Both the position numbers and the translations under genes were made by a program. From Octopus bimaculoides (Eukaryota), in the NCBI RefSeq assembly GCF_001194135.2, contig NC_068990.1:47481731-47525976 (forward strand): a stretch of DNA of 44,246 bases, in the 5' to 3' direction. Shown here piece by piece: positions 22,627-32,715 of this stretch (the stretch's first letter is position 1; every line of letters begins with the position of its first letter). The notes below the pieces were generated by a model that was not told where the DNA came from, did no database searches, and saw only the letters and a list, made by a program, of their open reading frames with translations.

Positions 22627-24000
22627 CCTAGAATAGATATAGGAAGACTCAGTAAACTTACATTAGATAAATATATAGATAAACTTAATACGTTAAATAA
22701 CCTTAAACTCTGGAGTTGTACCCAAGATATGTTAAATTGGTTCAAAAATATCAAAGATAAAAATAGGTGCAAGTTCATCCAAATAGATAGAGAAAATTAT
22801 TATTCATTTATTAACAAGATTATTCTTAATAAGGCCTTTATGTATGCTATGAAAAAGGTTAAGATGACACATGATGAAGTTTAAGTAGTGCTAACAGCAA
22901 GGAAATCCCTAATTAAATATAAAAATAAACTATGGGCTAGTAAAGACAGTAGGGATTGCTTTGATATACCTATGGGTGCCCCAGACTCTGCCCAAGTAAC
23001 AGATCTAGTAGGAATATACCTATTATCTGAGTTTGAGTTAGAACATCTTAACATAGAGGGAGGTCAATATAGAGACGACCTACTCCTTATGACTAGAAAC
23101 TGCACCAATAGATCATTAGAAAACATTAACAAAAAATTATACAAATTCTTTAAGACTTATGGTTTAGCTATCTCTATAGAGAAAGAACATCCTGCGGTTA
23201 ACTACCTAGATGTAAACCTAAAATTAGTAACTAATAAAACCCACCCATTCCATAAGTTAAACGAGAACCTTAAATACCTTAATGCCCATAGTAACCATCC
23301 TAGCTCAGTTAAAAAAGCATTAATAGACAATGTAGGTGAAAGAATTTCTATGTTATCCTCAGATATTAATACTTTCAATAAACATGCCTCTTACTATAAT
23401 AGTGCATTAAAAGAAGCAGGCTATAATTCAAAAATTAATTTCTTTAATAATTACAAACCCAATAATAATATCATCCTAACTCTCACACCAACAATAGAAT
23501 AGTAATGATAATAATAAAAAATATAAGGAAATAAAAAGAGATAATTATAATATATGTCTAAATAAAAATAATAATACTAATAATTATAGTAAGGATAATA
23601 CTAAAAATTATTCGAATAAAAATGATAAGCATAATTATATACCCACGAAGAATACACTGACAACGATGAAAAAAAATAAGAAGAATTACAATAATAGTAA
23701 TAATAACAATAATAAACATAATAAGGAAATTATATGGCTAACTATCCCTTATGGGGCCCAAATTAAAACTAATATTATTAAAGAAATTTTGAACATAGTA
23801 AGAACACCCTTTAAAAAGAACAATACATACCCAAAAATATTCACACAGTCATCACATTTGTTAAAATGTCTTATTGTTGAGTATGATTCTCTTTCTTTCC
23901 CTGATGAGAAGATTACATTATTTTACACCATTTATTCCTTTGGAATAATGCCAATGTCTCCGAAACATATGTCGGATGTAAAAGAATTTGAATAACACCT
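22627..24000 (+). mobile_element. Penelope-like retroelement (Naiad-type) RT fragment, one in-frame TAA, Asn-rich linker, 3' hammerhead
   Basis: Frame 1 from 22627: RIDIGRLSK...MLNWFKNIKDK...FIQID...(TAA 22882)...ARKSL...FDIPMGAPDSAQVTDLVGIYLL...YRDDLL...VNYLDVNL...SNHPSS. Then KEIIWLTIPYGAQIKTNI...YPKIF (23666..). Confidence 0.85.
23898..23976 (+). ncRNA. Minimal type-I hammerhead ribozyme motif (near-intact)
   Basis: TCC-CTGATGA(23901-23907)-GAAGA...TCTCC-GAAA(23962-23965)-palindromic ACATATGT-C-GGA; GUC triplet; one mismatch in stem II. Confidence 0.75.
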
Positions 24001-24459
24001 GCGTTTAACTCCATTTATTTATTTATATATACATATACATATACACACATATTTATATTTATATATATATATATGCATATATTGTTACAGGAGTCACCAA
24101 GTGTAAACAATATGAAATACGAAAACAAACGAGTTAAATACGCAAACAACAAGAGAGTAAAATGGAAAACAAGACAAGTAACACAAAGAATGACCCATCA
24201 TCAGTTGTCGGCTGGATAAAGCGCCATTTATAAAGTAACAACAGACAAGCAATAGGGCATTAATTAAAGGTCTTTTCTTGAAGTTGTCCAAATAAGAAAC
24301 CAACTAGTTTCTGATTCCAAGTGGTTGACTTACAAAAGCATATAATATACACTGTATTTCAGTGGTGTGAGGGACAGAGATGTTTTGACACCATTTTTCG
24401 ATTGAATATATTTTGTTTACTTAAAAATTGGAATTTTGGAAAAAAACATTTTTTATACA

Positions 24460-24885
24460 ACCGTAAGTTTCGTTTTTGTTTATGCAAAATTATTTTTAAA
24501 ATTTGTAAGATTTGGCTGCTATTTCTAGCATGAGAGGCTTTATGTGCTGGTTGAAAATCACTTAAAAAGATTCTGGGGTCAATACATTCGACTAAAAGTT
24601 CTTCAAGGCAGTGCCCCAGCATGGCCACAGTCCAGTGACTGAAACAAGTAAAAAGAGTTTTAGAAAATAAAAAAAATGAAGAATAACCAAAAAATATAAC
24701 CGAGGTGGGTTATAAAAAAATTTTAAGAGATTTGGCTGTTATTTCTAGCATGTCGAGAGACCTTCAGGGCTTAACTTCATGTGCTGGTTGAAAATCATCT
24801 ACAAGAATTCTGGGGTCGATACAAGCGACTAAAAATTCCTCAAGGTGGTGCTCCAGCATGGCTGCAGTCTAATGACTGCCTCAAT
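24460..24885 (+). repeat. Two tandem diverged copies (period about 220 bp) ending in the SINE/CR1-type tail
   Basis: ttggctgc/ttatttctagcatg...atgtgctggttgaaaatca...ttctggggtc...cgactaaaa...ccagcatgg at about 24510-24660 and 24730-24880. Confidence 0.7.
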
Positions 24886-25559
24886 TAAAAAGAAAAACTA
24901 AAATGAATCATATCACAGAAGTGGTTTGANNNNNNNNNNNNNNNNNNNNNNNNNNNNNNNNNNNNNNNNNNNNNNNNNNNNNNNNNNNNNNNNNNNNNNN
25001 NNNNNNNNNNNNNNNNNNNNNNNNNNNNNNNNNNNNNNNNNNNNNNNNNNNNNNNNNNNNNNNNNNNNNNNNNNNNNNNNNNNNNNNNNNNNNNNNNNNN
25101 NNNNNNNNNNNNNNNNNNNNNNNNNNNNNNNNNNNNNNNNNNNNNNNNNNNNNNNNNNNNNNNNNNNNNNNNNNNNNNNNNNNNNNNNNNNNNNNNNNNN
25201 NNNNNNNNNNNNNNNNNNNNNNNNNNNNNNNNNNNNNNNNNNNNNNNNNNNNNNNNNNNNNNNNNNNNNNNNNNNNNNNNNNNNNNNNNNNNNNNNNNNN
25301 NNNNNNNNNNNNNNNNNNNNNNNNNNNNNNNNNNNNNNNNNNNNNNNNNNNNNNNNNNNNNNNNNNNNNNNNNNNNNNNNNNNNNNNNNNNNNNNNNNNN
25401 NNNNNNNNNNNNNNNNNNNNNNNNNNNNNNAGCTGAATGTTTCTTCATATTTTCACTGTGCTTTTTTTCTTTTTTCTTTTTTATCTTTTTCTATTTCTTT
25501 AACATTTCTTGGTAAATGATAAACAGCCAGCTGGCATCCATTAACACCAAAATCCCATT

Positions 25560-26900
25560 TAGACGTAAATGTAAACTAACCCTAATATACCATCCTCACC
25601 ACTCTCCCTATAATGTAAAGTTTAAACAGTACACTGCAACAAGTATTTTGGCAAGTACTTTTTCCAGTTGGAAATTCAGTAGCTGAATAGTTTTTTCTTT
25701 TCTTTTCAGACAGTTTAGATGTTTGTGGCAAACGTATTTATACAACACATTAATTCATAATGTATATTAATTGTATTAAAATCTTGTTTAGTTTTGTCAT
25801 TTCTATTAAAGCGTTACAAAATTGTCGCAAGATTTCGTTATCCTTAATCAAATTTCTGTTAAAGATGTTGCCGTTTTTGTGATTCATTGCAAAGTGAAAG
25901 ATTAACTTAAGGACAACTTTAGTTATGCTTGTTCTTACATTTAAACTACACATACGATTATACCACATTATTCTGAGTTTTCTCTTTTTACTCATTGAAA
26001 CATTAGTTCTAAGCAAATATTTTCTCTGAAAATCCACTATTACAGAGTTGTATAGCTATAATGAAAGTCACTCATAAATGTGGGTTCATTTGAATATTAT
26101 GTTGCTATACGATTACTGATGTTGGGAACTGAATTACGTAAAATATTCTGCAGATAAGTGGAGGGATGGAACTTTTATTTATGTAAGACAATTTTTCACC
26201 TGACTTATGGTGAGGGTTAAATTTGTTTATATTTATATTCAGAGTAATGTCTAACAAATTAGCTATTGTAAGAAATAAAGCCTATTTTACTAAAGAGATT
26301 TATGCGATCTTTCTTAAATATATCTAGTCTATGTCCACTAAATTCCATGAAAATAATTCATCGCCTCTATAAATCCATACTCTTATTGTAGGAAATCTTT
26401 TATGTAAAAGGTTTGGGATAAACATTCTTTTGACACATGAACCCCATCAAATGCTCCATAAAGAAACATCAAATAATGTATTTGTGTTTGTTTTGTTATT
26501 TTGGAAAAGGTTTGTTTTTTTTTTTTAGTGGAGAGGGATTACCTAGAGGTATTAATTTTAAAAAATAAATAAAATAACTATTCTTTACATAATTATACTG
26601 ATATTGGATACACAGATTCGTATGATGATACTTGTGGATACAAAAGCTTTGAGAAGAATGAGTAAGTGTCACAAGGATAAATGCTTGGAAACTGGCATAA
26701 ACCGTTGAACCTCACAGGCAACTATGTTATGTTTCTTATTTTTATTTCTTACAAATTCTCCTTTAAGTTATTTTCCTTGTACCTTAAAATGCCCCCACTG
26801 TTATGCCAAGATTCCATTTAAACAAATAAATTTTAATTCACTTTAATATTCCGCTGGCAACTCTTGAACCAATCTATATAAGTATTGTAAATGAGAGGCG
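25560..26900 (-). mobile_element. Second, highly degenerate Naiad-type Penelope fragment
   Basis: Minus strand LFDVS..GAFDG, WIYRGDEL, and ORF 25750..26037 KKRKLRIMWYN...NVRTSITK...IFNRNLIK; boundaries approximate. Confidence 0.6.
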
Positions 26901-28424
26901 TTTGGCAAGTTTAACTGAAACACAACATGAAGTATTTCAACAAGTTTATTTTCCACTTAGAAATTCAATAGAATACTGTTCCATTGTTTGTTTGATTTAT
27001 TTGGATTTTTTTTTTTTTTTTTTTTTTTGGCTTAGATAAGATTAATCTCACGATGCTGAAGCCCATGAGAGAAATGACAAAGAATCACAAGACTTTATTG
27101 GAGACGACCCGCTCCAACTTATGTAAACATGAAAAATATGAGGGACATAGAAACGACAACGCTGACCATAATGACGATGGTTGATGGTGTGGTGGTCATG
27201 ATGATAATATGAAGTTTAATAGTTCGAAATATATCCGTATTGCCCTTTGTCTTCCCACAGTATAATTTTGCAACATTACCTCTACCGCTAGGGTTTTGTT
27301 TTCTTTTTCCAACTGAAATGAACACTTCCATTAAGATTTTTTTTTTCCTGCGTGGCATTAAATCACCGTCCTTTAATACTCCAAAATCATGACATCTGAG
27401 TTATTTCCCTTAGCTCATTTTATTTCTTTTAATTTAGGCAATCTACATTTGGAAACGTAGGTGGGCCGGAAAGGTGGATAGACAGACATGCAGACCGACA
27501 GATAGATGGATGGATGGATGGACGGACGAATGCATGTGTTTGTGCTCGCGTGCAGGCGAGAGAACTGCTAATAAATTGGTGCTCGAACATAAAAACTTTG
27601 TGGTAATCATTATACCCCAGTTTCACAATTACTTCTAAGTCATCCTCTCCGTTTGAAATGCAGTAAAATAATTACTGATCCGTTAAAAACTACTAACGAT
27701 GATATTGTTCACGAAACGCATGCTAAAATATTCTACTGGTGTCTATAGATGATGAATATACTCGTTTAACCAAGTTATGTAGAATAAACTGCTATATGCC
27801 TAAGTATAATTACTTGATCATTTGGGTGTGTATTTAAGAGAGCCACCCGAAACCTTCATTAGCAGATAATATTTGATTGGACACCCTTAGCCCACATTCG
27901 TTCATGTTATTTTCCTTTAGACTGAAGCTCCGTACCTTATATCTTAAAAACGTAAACTTATCATTATGTCTGCAGCGAACAAACAAAAAGTTGTGTGATA
28001 TTGCTTTGTTGTTTGTTTGTTTGTTTTTTTCTTTAATTGTATTATATTTCTCTGGTGGAAAAAAAAAGCTTTTACTTTGAAAGAAAAACAAAACAAATAT
28101 ATTTCCTTTGGGCAATCCTTTGATTCTGGTACACGCCGTCATTCACTCACAAAACCTTCCCTCATGACATAAAGAGACTAAGCTGGAAAAATGTCAATGA
28201 TGTCGCCTCACACCGACACTCTCTATACCAATACCGAAGGAACACCCCCATTTGTTTGTTTGTAAATTTGTCGGGGAACAAATTGCTAAAAATTGTTAGT
28301 AAATTCAGAATTTGGTAATAGTTCTGTTTACGGGCGTAAAAAAAAAGTTAATAAAAATTAAGGCGGGAGATAACTCATGAAAGAAGCAAAGGGAAGTAAG
28401 TCAACTTATTTTTAATCGTACTGC

Positions 28425-28783
28425 ATTCGCAGGTGATACAGCATCTTAACAGTGAACAAATATTTTATTCTTCTCCACTGAATTACGCCATATAAACTCT
28501 TGCAAATACGAAACAAACAAAGCCTCTGAAGTATCGAATTGACGGCGTAATTTGCGCTAACATGCATCCACATGTTTCCGATATTTTATTCACCCGTAAG
28601 TGTATGCACCACCATTTAAAATTCCAATCTAATGATATGGTCGAAAGCCATCACTTACTATGTGACTCCCTGGCAGAAGCCATCGTTGAATTATTGCTGT
28701 CAAAGTCTGCTCAGAACGATCAGGTACTTCCACTAAGAAACATTTCTTAGAAACTCTCTATTCTGCCGAAGACCCACTCCTCC
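28425..28783 (-). mobile_element. Merlin (IS1595/ISXO2-like) transposase remnant
   Basis: Minus strand WVFG..., EVPDRSEQTLTAIIQRWLLPGSHIVSDGFRPY, NIGNMWMH..RKLRRQFDTSEALFVSYLQEFIWRN; stops and frameshifts. Confidence 0.85.
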
Positions 28784-29009
28784 TTAATTTTTATTTACTT
28801 TTTTAAGCCCGCAAACTGAACAATTACCAGCTGTAAAATAATTTGGGCTAACTTTAACACCAAAACAAAAAACAAAGTGTAATAGGTATAAAAAAGATGT
28901 GTATTAAATGAATATCAAACAAAAATTTGCACCAACGAACCGGGGACGAGGACTTTCGGAAAATTCACAAAATCCGATTTCGGATCTTTTCCTTTTGGCC
29001 GGCACATAG

Positions 29010-29925
29010 GAAAAATAACTTTTTGTAACTAAACACTTTCAAATTTCGTATACTGGTAGAATGTGTCATCATTACATCATTTACTCTTGCCGTTTTTAAG
29101 AAAATTCTTTATTTTCGAATTATTTCGTGTTAAAGTTGTCGTATTTCAGTAATTTCAACCAATCAATGACGTCTATTGAGGTGAAAACAATTACTGCTGT
29201 GGTTTGTCAACAAGATGTTCTGGCGGTGTAAATTTACTTTGTCACTGTTATTTATGACATGGTTCGTGCGTTTGTACTGGTTTTAGCTTTGGGGTTCGGG
29301 TTTTAAAGTCAGGGTTAGGGTTTTAGGGTTAGGTTAGGGTTTTTTCAGCTACTATTTTCGGAAAGACATTTTTGCCTCCCTCCCCTCCAATTTCTTCATT
29401 TTTCACATTTTTCCGTAACTCTAACCCTAATCCTAAAACCTTAACCCTAACCCTAAAACCCTAACTCTAACTCTAAAACCCTATCCCTAACCCTAAAACC
29501 CNNNNNNNNNNNNNNNNNGTCATAAATAAGTGACAAATGAAATATATACCGCTGATAGTTTTTGTTGACAAACAATGGCAGTAATTTTATTCAAGGGTTT
29601 TCCCAAAATAGGCAATTTCGAAAATGTTAAAACAAAATGAAAATACTTCCAGAAACAAAATAAACTGAAAAAAATTTTTGAATAACTAATAACTTAATTG
29701 ATTAAACTATATACACATGTATCTCAAATGTAAATATATCAGAAATAACAGTGACAGTAAATTTACACTGCCAGAACATCTTGTTGACAAACCACAGTAG
29801 TAATTGTTTTCACCTCAATAGACGTCATTGATTGGAAATTACTGAAATACGACAACTTTAACACGAAATAACTTCGAAAATAAAGAATTTTCTTAAAAAC
29901 AGCAAGAGTAAATTTCCATGAAACA
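29010..29925. mobile_element. Fold-back/MITE-like element with long inverted arms and inward-facing telomere-like repeats
   Basis: About 29081-29262 matches the reverse complement of about 29744-29925. TTAGGG/TTTTAGGG array at about 29312-29340, CCCTAA/CCCTAAAA array at about 29418-29501, partial arm at 29519-29593. Confidence 0.75.
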
Positions 29926-30830
29926 TTTATTTTTAATTTATTCATATAATTAACCCGGGCGGAGATAAAGAATACGTGCACCACCCATTTCCTGATTTTG
30001 TTTTTTTTTTTAATTTCTTCGGATTTCTATGCTTTCAATATAGGAGAATACGATTATGAAAAAAAAAGTCACTTTTCAAATTTTTAATTTTGCCCCACCT
30101 CACTCCAGTTCTTCAATTTTTAACTTTTTTTAGAATATTTTTTAATCCTCTTAGAAAAATACAGACATTACGAATCTGGGGATTTTTTTTTTAATCATTT
30201 TAATTCTCCCTTCCCCTACCCACACATCACCTCCCTGATTTAAAAAAAAAATGAAAGCTCAGAATATTTCACGCATGCATAGAATTATCCTGAAATAGCA
30301 GACGTCAAAAATATCAGACTACAACCAGGAATCCCGACATGCTAGAAACAACAGCTAAATGACATTATTCCTGGAAAAACTTCCTCGCTTTCAAAAAAAC
30401 CAAAAGTAAAACATTCGGAGATGATGGGTGGAGGTTGGTGAAGGGGATTTGAGTGTTTCTTGAAAAAAAAGAAAAGAAACATTCTTAGAGATTTGTAATC
30501 TCTATTTTTCTACGCAGATTAAAAAAAAATTTCAAAAAGACCTTCTGAGAGATTTGGGTATAGCTGGTGTAAATGTTTCGTCTTTAACTGTCCATGAAGC
30601 TGGCAGACCTGCCAGAAAGCCAGTACCTAGGTCAGTGGTGTCAAACTAATTTTAGTTTACAGGCCAGGTATCAACCCAATTTAATCTCAAGCGGGTCGGA
30701 CCAGTAAAATCATGGCATAAGAACCTAAAAATAGCAACTTCAAAATTTTCCCTTTGTTTTAGTGTGAAAATGTACATTCTGAAAATGTTCATGTTTAAAG
30801 AACAATTTTATTTTGCAAAACATTGATATA

Positions 30831-32456
30831 GGTGCAGGAGTGGCTGTGTGATAAGTAGCTTACTTACCAACCACATGGTTCCAGGTTCTGTCCCACTATG
30901 TGGCACCTTGGGCAAGTGTCTTATAATATAGCCTCAGGCCTTGTGAGTGGATTTGGTAGACGGAAACTGAAAGAAGCCCATCATATCATCATTATCATCA
31001 TCATCGTCGTTTAATGTCCGCTTTCCACACTAGCATGAGTTGGACGATTTGACTGAGGACTGGCGAACCAGATGGCTGCATCAGGCTCCAATCTGATCTG
31101 GCAGAGTTTCTACAGCTGGATGCCCTTCCTAACACCAACCACTCTGAGAGTGTAATGGGTACTTTTACATGCCACTGGCATGAGGGCCAGTCTGGCGGTA
31201 CTGGCAACAGCCACACTCAAATGGTGTTTTTTACATGCCACCTGCACGGGAGTCAGTCCAGCGGCACTGGCAACAACCTTATTCGAATGTTTTGTTCACA
31301 TGCCACCAGCACAAGTGCCAGTAATGTGAAGCTGGTAACAATCACGCTCAAATAGTGCTTTTTACATACCACCGGCATAGAAGCCAGACAGCTGCTCTGG
31401 CAGTGATCTCGCTTGGATGGTGCTATTAGCACTCCACTGGCATGGGTGCCAGTCATCGAATTTGGTTCAATTTCAACTTCACTTGCCTCAACAAGTCTTC
31501 GCAAGCAGAGTTTCGTGTCAAAAGAAGGAAAGATACGCATAAGTGGACTGGCTACACTGCTGGCAGAGGCCTTGGATTATGGTCTCACTTGCCTTGCCGA
31601 ATCTTCTCACGCACAGCATATTTCCAAAGGTCTCGGTCACAAGTCATTGTGTCAGTGAGGTCTAATGTTCGAAGTTCATGTTTCACCACCTCATCCCACG
31701 TCTTCCTGGGTCTACCTCTTCCACAGGTTCCCTCAACCGCTAGGCTGTGGCACTTTTTCACACAGCTATCCTCATCCATTCTCGCCGCATGACCATACCA
31801 GCGCAATCGTCTCTCTTGCACACCACAACTGATGCTTCTTAGGTTCAACTTTTCTCTCAAGGTACTTACACTCTGTCGAGTATGCACACTGACATTACAC
31901 ATCCATTGGAGCATACTGGCTTCATTCCTTGTGAGCTTACACATGTCCTCAGCAGTCACGGCCCATGTTTCACTGCCATGTAGTATGGTTGTTCGTACGC
32001 ATGCGTCATATAGTCTGCCTTTTACTCTGAGTGAGAAGCCCTTTGTCACCAGCAGAGGTAGGAGCTCTCTGAACTTTGCCAGGCTATTCTTATTCTAGCA
32101 GCTACACTTTCAGCACACCCTCCCTCACCACTGACTTGGTCACCTAGGTAACGGAAGCTATCAACTACTTCTAGTTTTTCTCCCTGGAATGTGGCAGAAG
32201 TTGTTCTCTGCACATTTTCAGTGTTTATTGCTCCTGAGCATCTGCCACATACAAAAACTATCTTCCTAGTTAGCCTTCCGTTGATATTGCTGCACCTCTT
32301 ATGTGTGCATAGCTTGCACTGGGTACATTTTATAGAGTTTCTACCTACGCCTTTTCTACAGATCGAACAGGGCCATCTACCTGAAGGGGTTTGTGGTTTG
32401 TCTACCTTCCTACTTATTGGGACTTTGGTTTTAGCTAGGTTGATTCTAAGGCCCTT

Positions 32457-32512
<56 letters not shown>

Positions 32513-32715
32513 TATATATGTTTGTGTCTGTGTTTGTCCCCCACCACCACCATTGCTTGACAACCGATGCTGGTGTGTTTACATCCCCGTAACTTAGTAG
32601 TTCAGTAAAAGAAACCGATAGAATAAGTACTAGGCTTACAAAGAATAAGTCCTGGGTTCGATTAAAGGCGGTGTTCCAGCATGACCACAGTCAGATGACT
32701 GGAACAAATAAAAGA
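30831..32715 (+). mobile_element. tRNA SINE split in two (5' half 30831-30984, 3' half 32460-32715) by an RTE insertion
   Basis: The halves match 18744-18905 and 19020-19236 in order and orientation. Confidence 0.85.
30985..32458 (-). mobile_element. 5'-truncated RTE-clade LINE with 3'UTR and (GAT)n tail
   Basis: ORFs 32046..32513 and 31585..32049: [11 protein letters not shown]...VDSFRYLG...LHGSETWA...RRLRWYGH...GRGRPRKTWDEVV. Confidence 0.93.

Noticed and set aside
22882-22884. In-frame stop in the Naiad RT as possible selenocysteine recoding (some Naiads encode selenoproteins)
   Set aside because: The stop is TAA, not TGA, and I saw no SECIS; ordinary inactivating mutation
24198-24204. 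CTGATGA half-cores at 24198-24204 (minus) and 38386-38392 (plus) in homologous pLTR-like repeats
   Set aside because: No downstream GAAAC or pairing helices found, so not called as hammerheads
24885-25519. ORFs spanning N runs (also 38458-38893 and 42020-42861)
   Set aside because: Length is due to Ns and (TA)/(CA) microsatellites
27036-27358. Possible exon after the poly-T acceptor at about 27035 (+) and 79-aa minus ORF with a hydrophobic tail and nearby AATAAA
   Set aside because: No recognisable homology, no partner exons, and the hydrophobic tail derives from degenerate trinucleotide (CAT/GTC) sequence
28653-28683. Apparent first exon on the minus strand, ATG GCT TCT GCC AGG GAG TCA CAT A|gtaagt
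   Set aside because: The same bases read QRWLLPGSHIVSDG in another frame, part of the Merlin transposase; coincidental
29312-29501. TTAGGG/CCCTAA arrays as a real telomere or fusion site
   Set aside because: Short, degenerate and embedded symmetrically within inverted arms of a repeat
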